DNA of 64,000 nt from Candidatus Phycocordibacter aenigmaticus (GCA_045401115.1 CP174359.1:547247-611246); one strand, 5' to 3'. Positions 48,733 to 59,324 are shown, counted from the stretch's first letter. The notes: generated from the sequence alone by a model not told the origin. Translations and numbers: made by a program.

Positions 48733-50528
48733 GTTGTTGTTGAAAGGTTATCGTCAATCCACTTGAAAATAACTTCAAAGCTTTGTACTGCCTCATTAGA
48801 CAAGTTTTCTTTCTTAATTTCTTCTCGCTCTACCTTAGAAGCAAACTCTCTAGCAAACAATATTTTTCTCCTACCAATGATTGTAGAAGGTTTTCGTTTA
48901 TCATCAGTTTTAATCTTTTTATCAACCAGAGAAAAGTCCTTAACTGTAAACAAATTTTCAATTTCGCTTTTAGATATCAGCTTAATTTTCTTGTTTGTCT
49001 CATTATCATCACCATTAAAAATTCGCTCCTTTAAATCTTCTTTTGTCATTTTTGGATTCTCACCATTGTCCATAACAAGCAACCAATCTAAGCCATAGCC
49101 TATACAAAAAGATATAAGGTGATAAATATGGTTTCCTTTAATGCCAATACCTGGAACAAACTTGTAGTCAATTTCTTTATCAAGGATTTTTGCCATTGAT
49201 TTGAAATACCAAAAATCAGACAGACCTTCTAGTAATACATTCTTTCTAGAAAGAACAGAGAAGTCCTTAAGTGGCTCTAAGCCCATTGCTTCTGCAATAG
49301 GTTGCAATGCCTCTTGTTTGTAGGTCGTATCTAACTTGGTGGTAGTCAATCCTTCAACAATGGTTCCATTGTCCTTGGTATTTATAACTAGTCCAATATT
49401 ATAAAGCAATTCTGTGTTAATTAGCGAAGGAGAATGAGTTGAGTAAATTACCTGGTGGTTCTTTTTAATCAATTCGTCGAACACGTTCAGTATGTCTTTA
49501 TGTGCTTTAACATGGAGGTGCAATCCAGGTTCGTCATACAAAATAACTCGCTTTCGGCCGTGTTCCATTGATTTAAGCTCCAACCACGCAGATAAAAACC
49601 AAATCATTCCTTTGCTTCTTTTTCTCGGCTCTAGAAGCACATTATCTTTTGTTTCTATATAGAAAAATACAGTTGGAACGGCCTGACTGTTTACACTTTC
49701 ATTGTTTATTTGAAATTTTATATACAAATCACCCTCTGAGTATATTCTTTGTTTCCATGCTTTTTGGAATTTAGTAGACAATTTCGTTACATTAGTGGAT
49801 GTCACAGATGTCTGGTGACTGTTCGACAATTTAGATATCGAAACAAAATCCTTATCTAGCAACTCTTCGAGATTTTTAACGGCATTGTATCCTTCTGCTT
49901 CCGTATTTCTTGATTCAAGGTCTGAGATTTTTATTTTATCTGGCAACAAATCGCTGAAAGCGTTAAACAAAACAATTTCAGGAGAGATACCAAAAAATAC
50001 TTCTGCAACTTCTTTTTCCTTTCCTTCTAAATCTATCCAGGGAGTTTTGTTCTTAACCTCCTTTCCATCGGTGTTCGTTTCAACAACCTCCTTATTTTTG
50101 ATAGCACCTCGAACGATACCGAAAACAGAGTCCGTTAACGACATCTCTAAAGTATTTGATTCAAGATTGAATTGTTTTGTAATTGTGTATTCTTTTACTG
50201 ATTTTAGTTTACCTTTATCAAAAAAATCATCCTCATCGCCAATTGAAAAAGTTTTGCGAAATTTCTTAATTAGAGAATTAGCCAAATCATCAGAATCATC
50301 CACTAAGTAAGTACACGAGATTTCCTGTGTAAAATTTTCTGCCTGCTCTTCTTCAAAATTTAATGAATCCCTTTCAAATTCTTCACTTTCGTAGGCATTA
50401 AGTGCTTCTAGTATTGAACTTTTCCCTGATTCATTTTGCCCAGCCAATACAAACATACTCTCAGAAAAGATAATATCTCCTGAATCTTTTATGCTCTTAT
50501 AATTTTTAATTGAAACTTTTTTTATCAT
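48729..50528 (-). CDS. OLD-family ABC-type ATPase + TOPRIM nuclease
   Basis: IKNYKSI, Walker A GQNESGKS, RSKG signature, YDEPGLHLH, STHSP, TOPRIM LLEGLSD...VMDNG, EIENLF. Confidence 0.85.
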   Translation of the reverse strand: MIKKVSIKNYKSIKDSGDIIFSESMFVLAGQNESGKSSILEALNAYESEEFERDSLNFEEEQAENFTQEISCTYLVDDSDDLANSLIKKFRKTFSIGDEDDFFDKGKLKSVKEYTITKQFNLESNTLEMSLTDSVFGIVRGAIKNKEVVETNTDGKEVKNKTPWIDLEGKEKEVAEVFFGISPEIVLFNAFSDLLPDKIKISDLESRNTEAEGYNAVKNLEELLDKDFVSISKLSNSHQTSVTSTNVTKLSTKFQKAWKQRIYSEGDLYIKFQINNESVNSQAVPTVFFYIETKDNVLLEPRKRSKGMIWFLSAWLELKSMEHGRKRVILYDEPGLHLHVKAHKDILNVFDELIKKNHQVIYSTHSPSLINTELLYNIGLVINTKDNGTIVEGLTTTKLDTTYKQEALQPIAEAMGLEPLKDFSVLSRKNVLLEGLSDFWYFKSMAKILDKEIDYKFVPGIGIKGNHIYHLISFCIGYGLDWLLVMDNGENPKMTKEDLKERIFNGDDNETNKKIKLISKSEIENLFTVKDFSLVDKKIKTDDKRKPSTIIGRRKILFAREFASKVEREEIKKENLSNEAVQSFEVIFKWIDDNLSTTT

Positions 50529-50535
50529 AGTATTT

Positions 50536-51735
50536 CTACACAAACATTTTTTGAAGCAGCCCCTTTTTCCAAGCTTCTGCTTTTTCAATTTGCTTGGACT
50601 TTGCAGTGATTAACTCATCAATATCCGATAGAAAGTTAGCAATTCTTTTCTGCTCGTCAACACTTGGCATTGCAATTTCGACCCTTACAAAATCATCAGG
50701 CTTTACTGCCATTCTTTCGTAAACAGTTCCTTCTTCAAACCGTCTTGCTTTGTTAATAAAACTTGAATGAGTTAAGTAATATCCAACAAAATCAATATCC
50801 TGTTCGGTAATTTCATATGTTATGTAAATAGGAGAGAATATTCCGTCACCTAGTCTGTTAATATCTATTACATTGAATTTTAAATTGGCTGGGTTGTAAC
50901 ATAAATCATTTAGTCTAGTGATTTTGTATTTTTTTGATTTATCATCTTTTACTAAGAAATCCCTATGGTAACGTTCCGACTTTGGAACCACACCTGCTGT
51001 AGTTAATGAGATATGAGGATACCCGTTTCCTTTGGTTGAATATTCTTTCCTCTCTTTGAGAAAGTGACCGACAGGCATTTTTTGCCACTCAGGGAAGTAT
51101 TTCCCGTCTTCATCCTTAAATCGCACTTCTTGCGAGAAGATTTTTTGCATTATTCCGCGCTTGTATTCTTCAAGTTTTTCTTTTTGGGTTTTGAATGATT
51201 TGATTAGTTTATCTACACTCTCTAAGAAATTAGCGATTTGTGCTTGCTCATCTACTCCTTTTGGAAAGTGAATTGGAGATGCTGATACAAAGTCCCATTC
51301 AGCTCTTGGCATTTTTGAGCCAGCACTTACATTTGCAAAATAGTTAAATCTAGAGCCTTGTATAAAATAAAACAGAAATGAAGGCTCTACTTTTTTTGTT
51401 TTAAAAACCCATATTTCAGTAGTACATACACCATCAGATTTTGCATGTACGAATTTTCTTAGATAGGGTCGTAATTTTCCATACAACACATCGCCCAATT
51501 GGTATACATTTTTAATACTCTTTAGTTCTTGGGTTGGGATATATTTAATAACCTCGCCTGTATCCTTTTCGATGCTTTCTAGCTCTATTGAGTGAGGATA
51601 TTTTTTTGATTTCTGGGGGTCAAATTTCTCTTTACCAAGTTTAACTACATCGCCAAACTCGTATATACTCCACTCGCCTAAAAATCCAGGGAACCGCAGT
51701 TCGGGTGTATTCTTTTTTGTAGTCGCTGTATTCAT
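50536..51735 (-). CDS. hsdS: Type I restriction-modification specificity subunit S
   Basis: PELRFPGF, two TRDs, EQAQIANFL / EQKRIANFL, KRGIMQKIF / KKGLLQKMFV. Confidence 0.95.
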   Translation of the reverse strand: MNTATTKKNTPELRFPGFLGEWSIYEFGDVVKLGKEKFDPQKSKKYPHSIELESIEKDTGEVIKYIPTQELKSIKNVYQLGDVLYGKLRPYLRKFVHAKSDGVCTTEIWVFKTKKVEPSFLFYFIQGSRFNYFANVSAGSKMPRAEWDFVSASPIHFPKGVDEQAQIANFLESVDKLIKSFKTQKEKLEEYKRGIMQKIFSQEVRFKDEDGKYFPEWQKMPVGHFLKERKEYSTKGNGYPHISLTTAGVVPKSERYHRDFLVKDDKSKKYKITRLNDLCYNPANLKFNVIDINRLGDGIFSPIYITYEITEQDIDFVGYYLTHSSFINKARRFEEGTVYERMAVKPDDFVRVEIAMPSVDEQKRIANFLSDIDELITAKSKQIEKAEAWKKGLLQKMFV

Positions 51736-51742
51736 AGTTAAA

Positions 51743-53320
51743 TTAAAACGGTTTTTTTATACCCAACTCGTTACAGAATTCGACAATAGCTTTTTCAAGT
51801 TTCTCTTCACCTGCTTTTAATTTATTCAGCTCTTCTGCGATAGTATCAATATCGACAGGGTTTTCTTCCTCAAATGTATCTATGTAACGGGGGATGTTTA
51901 AATTGAAGTCGTTTTCTCTGATTTCATCCAGTGACGCGTTGTGAGAATATTTTTCAACCTCCTTACGATTTTTATAAGTGTCAAAAACCTTAACTATGTC
52001 TTTATCTTCTAAGTGGTTTTGATTTTTTCCTTTATAAAATTCTCTCGATGCTTCAATAAACAAAATGCTGTCATCTTTTTCACGGCACTTCTTGAATACG
52101 AGAATAGTCGCGGGAATTGTCGTTCCATAAAAAAGATTTTGCGGAAGACCAATAACCGCATCGAGATAATTTAATTTCTCAACGATGTACTGACGAATAG
52201 TTCCTTCTGCCCCCCCACGAAATAGTGCGCCATGCGGCAATACCACCGCCATGGTGCCGTTATCAGCCAAGTGATGAAGCATGTGGGTTACAAAAGCATA
52301 ATCCGCAGCGCTTTTTGGTGCCAGGCGGCCATATTGTGTAAAGCGATCATCTTGAGCGAGTATTGGGTCAGTATCACCTTTCCATTTAGCGGAGAATGGC
52401 GGGTTGGCCACAATAACCTCTGCTTGTAAGTCAGAGTGCTGATCATCTCTAAGCGTATCGCCTTGGCGAATATCAAAACGATCAAAGCGCACATCATGGA
52501 GAATCATGTTCATCCGAGCAAGGTTGTACGTAGTCTGATTAAGCTCTTGTCCGTAGTAGTGCTTGATTTCTGCGTAGTCAGAAAGACGCAAGAGTAATGA
52601 GCCAGAACCACAGGTGGGGTCATAGGCAGATTTAATAGTCTTCTTGCCTTCTGTGACAATCATAGAGAGCAAGCGCGATACCTGAGCTGGTGTATAAAAC
52701 TCACCACCTTTCTTTCCAGCACCAGCTGCAAATTCACCAATTAGATATTCGTATGCGTCACCGAGTAAATCGCTTTTGCTATCTGCTAGTTTAAAGTCGA
52801 TACCAGCCAAGTGAGAGAGAACTTCTACTACAGTGTCGTTCTTATCTTTTTCAGTTCGTCCAAGCTTACTTGAGGACAGGTCTACATCATCAAACAAGCC
52901 TTTGAAGTCGTCCTCACTATCGGTACCCATTGCAGTGCGTTCAATGGTGTCAAGAACGTTTTGAAGGTCTTCGAGAATAAAGGTATCATTCTCATTAATC
53001 TCACCCTTCCCTTTCGTTACGAGGTATGAAAACAGTTCCTGCGGGCGAAGGAAAAAACCAAGATGTTCAATGGCGAGATCTTTAATTGCACCAAGCTGCT
53101 CTTTACCTTCTTTGGTGCTTGGGTTGATATCAGCGTATGCAAAATCTTCACGAGCGAGAAGTTTTTCATTTACATACAGCTCTAGTTTTTCTGAAAGGTA
53201 TTTATAGAAAATAAACCCAAGAATATACACCTTATACTCATCCGCATTCATACGACCGCGGAGTGTATTAGCAACAGCCCACAACTGTTTTTCAAGAAGT
53301 TTCTTTTGCTCTTCCGTCAT
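51743..53320 (-). CDS. hsdM: Type I restriction-modification methyltransferase subunit M
   Basis: GEFYTP, YDPTCGSGSLL, NPPFS, VLPHGALFRG, NLNIPRYID. Confidence 0.97.
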   Translation of the reverse strand: MTEEQKKLLEKQLWAVANTLRGRMNADEYKVYILGFIFYKYLSEKLELYVNEKLLAREDFAYADINPSTKEGKEQLGAIKDLAIEHLGFFLRPQELFSYLVTKGKGEINENDTFILEDLQNVLDTIERTAMGTDSEDDFKGLFDDVDLSSSKLGRTEKDKNDTVVEVLSHLAGIDFKLADSKSDLLGDAYEYLIGEFAAGAGKKGGEFYTPAQVSRLLSMIVTEGKKTIKSAYDPTCGSGSLLLRLSDYAEIKHYYGQELNQTTYNLARMNMILHDVRFDRFDIRQGDTLRDDQHSDLQAEVIVANPPFSAKWKGDTDPILAQDDRFTQYGRLAPKSAADYAFVTHMLHHLADNGTMAVVLPHGALFRGGAEGTIRQYIVEKLNYLDAVIGLPQNLFYGTTIPATILVFKKCREKDDSILFIEASREFYKGKNQNHLEDKDIVKVFDTYKNRKEVEKYSHNASLDEIRENDFNLNIPRYIDTFEEENPVDIDTIAEELNKLKAGEEKLEKAIVEFCNELGIKKPF

Positions 53321-53354
53321 TATTCTTCAGTATACCCCACATGAAAAACACGCT

Positions 53355-53858
53355 CTACTCCCCTGTTTCGCGCTGTATGAGCGCGACTGTTTCTTCTAAA
53401 GTGGAATCTTCGCCGATTATGATTTCGCCGGGTACATCCAGATAATTCTTCGGTTGGTACCACGATTTCATTTCTTCTTCGCCGAATTCATCTGCTACGG
53501 ATTTTGTCTTATGTCTTCTGATTGTTTCCTCTAAGGGAACATCGATATAGAACACCCTTACAGGACAGTGAGCGCGTTCCATCAGGCGCATTAATACTTC
53601 TTTGTATTTAGGTTTTGAGAGAATGCCCTCAAGAATGACTGTGTAGCCTTTCTCTAGGCAGTAGGTAACCGTTTGTTCTAATAGACCAATAATATCCGTA
53701 TTTTCCTGTGAATCTTTCTCCATTAAGATACCGCGGCGCAGGGCGTCCTGGCCGACAACCGCTACTTTTCCGTTGAGTTTTTCCCGTAGGCATTCTGCTA
53801 CGGCACTTTTCCCGGAGCCTGAGTTCCCGCGTATGATGATGAGTTTTTGGTTATTCAT
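53355..53858 (-). CDS. P-loop kinase (AAA_33-like)
   Basis: IIRGNSGSGKS, ILEGIL, ETIRRH. Confidence 0.85.
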   Translation of the reverse strand: MNNQKLIIIRGNSGSGKSAVAECLREKLNGKVAVVGQDALRRGILMEKDSQENTDIIGLLEQTVTYCLEKGYTVILEGILSKPKYKEVLMRLMERAHCPVRVFYIDVPLEETIRRHKTKSVADEFGEEEMKSWYQPKNYLDVPGEIIIGEDSTLEETVALIQRETGE

Positions 53859-53875
53859 AGTTAAAGACCTATCTT

Positions 53876-54403
53876 TTACTCTTTATCATCCTTTAAATCC
53901 AGTGCACTGCGAAACACTACCTTTTTAAAATCTTTGTCTTCAACGTGCGCTTCAGCCTCGTGCGGCGGAACCCACGCTATTTTTCTGACATGGCCGGCTG
54001 GGTCTTCGGTAAAATCTCCCTCGGGAACCACGTTACACCTATACACCAAACGATAGTGGCGGATATCTCCTGAAGGGCTCATGACCTTTTGATAGGCAAT
54101 CGGCGCGTAGTCTACTACGGCGCAGTTTGTTTCTTCCCGCACTTCCCTATGAAGCGTCTCCTCAATAGATTCCCCCGGCTCGCGCGTGCCGCCGGGGATG
54201 CTCCATATATTCCACTTAGTGAGATGTACTAGCACTATTTGACCGTTATGCAGGCACAAGGCGTGGGCTTTTATTTTTAACTCGTCCGGTATGTCGTCAA
54301 AATTGTTAGCAGCGACATGGTGAATATCGCACCGCTCTCCTCTATATGTGATTACTCCTTTGAAGACTTCTGGTTTCTCGTTGGGAATATCTGAGTTTTT
54401 CAT
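53876..54403 (-). CDS. NUDIX hydrolase
   Basis: PGGTREPGESIEETLHREVREET. Confidence 0.9.
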   Translation of the reverse strand: MKNSDIPNEKPEVFKGVITYRGERCDIHHVAANNFDDIPDELKIKAHALCLHNGQIVLVHLTKWNIWSIPGGTREPGESIEETLHREVREETNCAVVDYAPIAYQKVMSPSGDIRHYRLVYRCNVVPEGDFTEDPAGHVRKIAWVPPHEAEAHVEDKDFKKVVFRSALDLKDDKE

Positions 54404-54408
54404 GAACT

Positions 54409-55224
54409 TTATTTCCAGTACCCTAAGACGCACGCTTCTACTCCAACCGGTTTACCCTTCTTTGCAAACAAAATGACGGAATCCCTATCAACAATATATT
54501 TTTTAGTATTATCTTGTGCAAAACAAGTGCCTTTTTTCAGCTCTTCAAAATCATCAAAATTTTTAGTGAGCTCAAAGTCTTCAACATCTTTCATTACAAC
54601 ACGATAGACAAATAGGTGTTTTTGTTTTCTTTCTGTTCTCTCAGTTGAGACAGAAATAGCTCCGTTGTATTTGAGAAATTTATAGAGTGAATCTTTTGCA
54701 AGCCCAGTATACGATTCACTGTCCTCTGTATATCCACACTCCACACACACTCCCGGCTTGTTTTGGTGCAACATGTATCCTTCTGTTGCTCCTGGTTCAA
54801 TTTCATCCCAACCTGTTGAGATTATTTCAAAATCTAACTCTTTAACAAAATCTGAATCGAGGCCTCCGTGGATTACAAAAGGTGTCGTATTTTTTGTATT
54901 ACTCGCGTGAATATCTAAAAGAGTGTCTGACTTATCAAGAATAGGTAAAAGCTCCCTAGCAATACAATCTTCATAGGTTTGACCATTGTTACCTTCAATA
55001 AAACACCTGTTAAGGTTTTTTTCTATGAATCTAGTATTTTGTTTTATTGCTTTAGTATTAGCAAAAACAAAGTAGACGGTCCCATTTTTTATATCAACCT
55101 CTTCTAGTACTTCATTTACAGCATCTATCCCCACCCTTTCATTACCATGCACACCACAAAAAACAGCGAGTGTTTTCCCTGGATTCTTTCCTTGAATCAT
55201 TATAATTTTAGGACCATTTTCCAT
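54409..55224 (-). CDS. Succinylglutamate desuccinylase/aspartoacylase (M14) family protein
   Basis: GVHGNE, NLNRCF, LDIH, VECG. Confidence 0.88.
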   Translation of the reverse strand: MENGPKIIMIQGKNPGKTLAVFCGVHGNERVGIDAVNEVLEEVDIKNGTVYFVFANTKAIKQNTRFIEKNLNRCFIEGNNGQTYEDCIARELLPILDKSDTLLDIHASNTKNTTPFVIHGGLDSDFVKELDFEIISTGWDEIEPGATEGYMLHQNKPGVCVECGYTEDSESYTGLAKDSLYKFLKYNGAISVSTERTERKQKHLFVYRVVMKDVEDFELTKNFDDFEELKKGTCFAQDNTKKYIVDRDSVILFAKKGKPVGVEACVLGYWK

Positions 55225-55292
55225 GCTCCAAAGTATACCAAAACCATACGAAATAAGGGCCGATTGTGTTTTTATAGTATTCTAATAGGGTT

Positions 55293-56288
55293 ATGCTTGG
55301 ACAGAAAATAGCCATGTACATAAACATCTTTTTGTTTATCGTATTGATACTTGTGCTTGTAAGTATATTTTTGCGTTGGAACGCAGTGCCTTTTTCGGTA
55401 AGTCCGCTCTCGCGGGAACATTTTGTTGCCACGGAATCAGAACAATTAGCATTATTTTATGAGCTTGAGCCGGGAGATGAGGTAGTGGATGAGTACCCGT
55501 GGCTGCCCAAGACGGCGCGGCAAACTATAACCAAAGATGGGTTTAATGAACGTTTCGAATACACAGTAAAAAAACCAAAAGATGTGTTCCGCATCATGAC
55601 GCTGGGCGATTCATTCACGTACGGTATGTATGTAAACACTGAAGAGAACTATTCTGAGCAACTTGAGGATATGCTTAATAACTCATGCCGAAGTGATGGA
55701 CAACGGTTTGAAGTAATAAACGCGGGAGTACCCGGCTATGACGTTGCGTATACAAGTGAACGTCTTAAAAACAGAGGAGCTCAGTATGAACCGGATCTTT
55801 TTGTGTGGTACTTAAACAATCCATTCCATAAATGGAACGAGATTGTTATACACCTAAACAACGAATGTGCTAACAACACCCCTGAGGAAGAATACAACAG
55901 TGTGCAGCCTGATGGGTCTGTAATACATACCTGCTCTATCCAGGTAGGACAGGAACTGGAAAAACGTAAAAGTTTTCAGGACATCATTGACTACCAGTCG
56001 GGTTATTTATTGACTACGATTGATGCGATAGCCGGCCAGTGGGTATTATTTGCCGATATTCAAACACATAGAGAAAACAATGAACTGCTTAACGAGGTTG
56101 CAGCACAGAACGATCGAGTTTATTTTCTTGAAGACCCGGTTGATATATACAGCGACACACGCTATCGAATCCCCGACGGACATCCGAGCCCTGCCGGCCA
56201 CGTAAAAATAGCTGAGGACATTTTCAACTATCTTACTGACAATAGACTTATTGCGTGTGATACGTCTGGTGCACAACGTTACGATTAA
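55293..56288 (+). CDS. SGNH/GDSL hydrolase, membrane-anchored
   Basis: LGDSFTYG, INAGVPGY, DGHPSPAGH. Confidence 0.88.
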   Translation: MLGQKIAMYINIFLFIVLILVLVSIFLRWNAVPFSVSPLSREHFVATESEQLALFYELEPGDEVVDEYPWLPKTARQTITKDGFNERFEYTVKKPKDVFRIMTLGDSFTYGMYVNTEENYSEQLEDMLNNSCRSDGQRFEVINAGVPGYDVAYTSERLKNRGAQYEPDLFVWYLNNPFHKWNEIVIHLNNECANNTPEEEYNSVQPDGSVIHTCSIQVGQELEKRKSFQDIIDYQSGYLLTTIDAIAGQWVLFADIQTHRENNELLNEVAAQNDRVYFLEDPVDIYSDTRYRIPDGHPSPAGHVKIAEDIFNYLTDNRLIACDTSGAQRYD

Positions 56289-56414
56289 TTCTTCAACTCA
56301 ATGCATGTAACCGGTAATAGTACCTAACAGTGCGCAATAGCAATCTGCCGCCACCCTAGATCAAGCTGTATAAAAGAGCTCCAAAATACATAATACACAT
56401 GGCATACTGGTAAT

Positions 56415-57719
56415 ATGAAAAGCAATAAACATACACTATATATATCTACTGTGTTATTAGGTCTCTTTGTTTTTACTATTCCTTTTACTACACACGCACA
56501 AGAATACTACGAGTGCCAAGTTTCAGTTAAAGCATCAATGCGCGATGACGTTACGTGTCGTGATTATTTAAATTTTACACATCGTTGTCAGATTTATGAC
56601 AAAAAATACTCAGGCTCTGGTGTGCCTAACTTTTGTTCTAGCGAGTGTCTGAATAGAAGCGACATACCCCGTGTGTGTGCAGATGTTATTGTACAGCGCT
56701 CAAATAACCCAGAGGCACATGAAAAAAGAAATGCTATAGAAAAAGAAGGTAAGGATCAAATAGAGGACCAACTTGGTGTTGATATTGATCAGTTCATGGG
56801 CACCGATATTGAAAAAGAAGTTCGTAACAGATTAGAGGGAATAGAAAACGAAATCAATACTGAGGACGGTATTGATTCTGGCGAGATTCAATACATTACC
56901 AAAAGAATAGTAGCAGTTATAAGAGATATTTTGGGAGAAAAAGTAGGGGGTGTAATTACCGGAACAAAAGAAAAAATTGGAAATTTTGGAAATACAATAA
57001 AAAATAATATACCGATAATTGGAAACGCTGGAGACGATGAACTCACAGAGGAGGATTTTGAAGACCACAGCATAGAGGCAACTGGTTTTAATGAATTTCG
57101 TACAGAAAAGTGGCCGGATGACGATGGCACAAAAATAGCCAAAATAGTTGATCCATACGGCATTGAACGGTATACATCCGATGGAAAACATTTTTATGAT
57201 AACGCATATGATGCTGCGCATTCACAGGAAGGTTTCAGTAATATGGTGAACACCGTTGGCGACGCATGGGAAGGATTCACTGGTATATTCTCATTCCGCA
57301 CAAAATTGAAAGATGGAGATAAAGAACTTCAAAGAGAAATTGCTCGTGAAGTTTTAAACGATGCACAAAACCAACGAGAAAAAGATATTGAGAAGGCATA
57401 TGAAAAACTGAGTGGCCAAATAAAAACACCGACACTTGGCAACGTGCCTGCAAAGGCAGTTATTGAGGTTGCAAAAGAAGCAAGTGCAACTGATTTTGCC
57501 GGAGGAGCGCTACTTTATATTGAACAAAGAGAAGAAGGGAAATCTCCAGCAACTATAAAAACAAATCTCTCAGAAGAACTTTCTGAAGGGTACGGCACTT
57601 TTGGTAGAGGAGTCTCGCTTTCTACAACAAACAAAGATGCACCGGCAGTGTTGTTTGCGCGGTACGAAGAGACATATCAGCGCTACTTGCTCGCAAAAGA
57701 GTTTGGACGAAAAGAGTAA
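56415..57719 (+). CDS. Secreted hypothetical protein with N-terminal Cys-rich domain
   Basis: Signal peptide ending THA-QE; six Cys within about 60 aa; acidic helical remainder. Confidence 0.72.
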   Translation: MKSNKHTLYISTVLLGLFVFTIPFTTHAQEYYECQVSVKASMRDDVTCRDYLNFTHRCQIYDKKYSGSGVPNFCSSECLNRSDIPRVCADVIVQRSNNPEAHEKRNAIEKEGKDQIEDQLGVDIDQFMGTDIEKEVRNRLEGIENEINTEDGIDSGEIQYITKRIVAVIRDILGEKVGGVITGTKEKIGNFGNTIKNNIPIIGNAGDDELTEEDFEDHSIEATGFNEFRTEKWPDDDGTKIAKIVDPYGIERYTSDGKHFYDNAYDAAHSQEGFSNMVNTVGDAWEGFTGIFSFRTKLKDGDKELQREIAREVLNDAQNQREKDIEKAYEKLSGQIKTPTLGNVPAKAVIEVAKEASATDFAGGALLYIEQREEGKSPATIKTNLSEELSEGYGTFGRGVSLSTTNKDAPAVLFARYEETYQRYLLAKEFGRKE

Positions 57720-57746
57720 TATCCAACACCGCTAACGCGGCGATAC

Positions 57747-58154
57747 TTACGAGAGCAACCATGTTCCAATAAGGTAACTGATCGTAGCGACTGAACCACT
57801 GAGCACTGCGCCCCACGCCATATCAACCACTGTCACTAAAATAGGCCAATCTTTTACCACCGCTAAGTTTGTGAGGTCGTACGTTGCGTACGCAATAAAC
57901 CCAAAGAACGCCCCAAGCATCACGGCGCGCATCAGTGAACCAGATTCAAGCGCCGGGAGTACCGCAAATACCAAAATACCAACAATAAACAGTAGGTAGA
58001 ACACTATTGCTGCTACCCAATTCACCTCCCCCATTAAAAAACCAATTTGATTGCTATAGAAGTTTTTTGCAATCACTCCCAACCACACCATGTCGATAAG
58101 AAAAAATACCGGGATCGTGAGCGCGTAGAGTGAGATAATTTGTATGATAGTCAT
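57747..58154 (-). CDS. DUF2177 family membrane protein
   Basis: IDMVWLG, AYATYDLTNLA...W...VDMAWG. Confidence 0.85.
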   Translation of the reverse strand: MTIIQIISLYALTIPVFFLIDMVWLGVIAKNFYSNQIGFLMGEVNWVAAIVFYLLFIVGILVFAVLPALESGSLMRAVMLGAFFGFIAYATYDLTNLAVVKDWPILVTVVDMAWGAVLSGSVATISYLIGTWLLS

Positions 58155-58231
58155 ATAAATACTATAGCAAACAAACCAAGCCGCTTTTATTTTTTAGATA
58201 CTACGTAAAAAATTAAGGCAATACTTATGCA

Positions 58232-58426
58232 TTACTCCTTATCTTTCTTCTTCTTTGCGCTTGTATACATAGCAACCCCGATAGCGACGCCGATGGCAAT
58301 ACCTACACCAACATTATCCATACCTACTCCCAACAGAACGCCGATAGCAATCCAAACACCGAGTAGTGATTCAGGTTTTTGCATCTGCTTTTTCTCCCAT
58401 ATGTAAAACTTTTTTAAAAAATTCAT
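58232..58426 (-). CDS. Small Gly-zipper membrane protein
   Basis: GVWIAIGVLLGVGMDNVGVGIAIGVAIG, basic tail. Confidence 0.65.
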   Translation of the reverse strand: MNFLKKFYIWEKKQMQKPESLLGVWIAIGVLLGVGMDNVGVGIAIGVAIGVAMYTSAKKKKDKE

Positions 58427-58539
58427 ACACTGAGTATAGCAAAGATTGAGGGTTGAAGTTGGCGATTAGGAATCTTACTACTGACTCGTTACATAATTAT
58501 TTAATTGCTTTTTGGTAAATTATAGTAAGATTAATTTAT

Positions 58540-59190
58540 ATGAATTCCGAAAGACCTGATGACCTTGAAGGCAGTAATGATGAAAGAACTCAATCTGGCC
58601 GACTCACTACGCATAAGAAGGTTATAGAAAAGAACCCCGGAGAAGATAAGGAGAAAGCGCCTGCTTCAATAGAAGAAGCACAACCTGAAGATGCCCGATC
58701 AATCACAACACTTCTGTATAAAACGTGGATGGATACTTATCCAAACGAAGAGTTAGGGATTACTGAAGAACAAATAGAGGAATATTTTGCTCATCGTCTT
58801 TCAGAGGAAGGGATACAGAGTATGGCAAGAGGTATTGAACGGATACCGCCAAATACAAAAATGTATGTAGTGAAAGTTGATAATGAAATAGTTGGTGTGG
58901 CTCGTGGTGCAACCTATGATGACAACAATACATTACACTCACTTTACATAGATCCTGACCATCAAGATAAATCTCTTGGGTATCTTTTGTTTTCAAAAAT
59001 ACAAACAAGCTTAGATAGCAGTAAAGATACATACCTTGGTGTCGCAACATATAATCAGAAAGCTATTGATTTCTATACACGACAAGGTTTTGTACCAACA
59101 GGAAAAGTAAAGGAATATAAAAAACCTCCACACATTCCAGAAATGGAAATGGTGCTGAAAGCTGACGCTAGTCAAGAGACTGAAGAGTGA
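58540..59190 (+). CDS. GNAT family N-acetyltransferase
   Basis: LYIDPDHQDKSLGY, NQKAIDFYTRQGF. Confidence 0.88.
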   Translation: MNSERPDDLEGSNDERTQSGRLTTHKKVIEKNPGEDKEKAPASIEEAQPEDARSITTLLYKTWMDTYPNEELGITEEQIEEYFAHRLSEEGIQSMARGIERIPPNTKMYVVKVDNEIVGVARGATYDDNNTLHSLYIDPDHQDKSLGYLLFSKIQTSLDSSKDTYLGVATYNQKAIDFYTRQGFVPTGKVKEYKKPPHIPEMEMVLKADASQETEE

Positions 59191-59324
59191 GGTTTCCGCG
59201 ACCAAGAATCTTACTTAAGTACGAAAGTTGGCAGTGGATGTCTTGTGATAGGGAGTAAACAGTGTAAAATAATTTTCCACATTAGGGATAATTTGGGTAC
59301 TTATTTTTGATATAATACGTTTAT

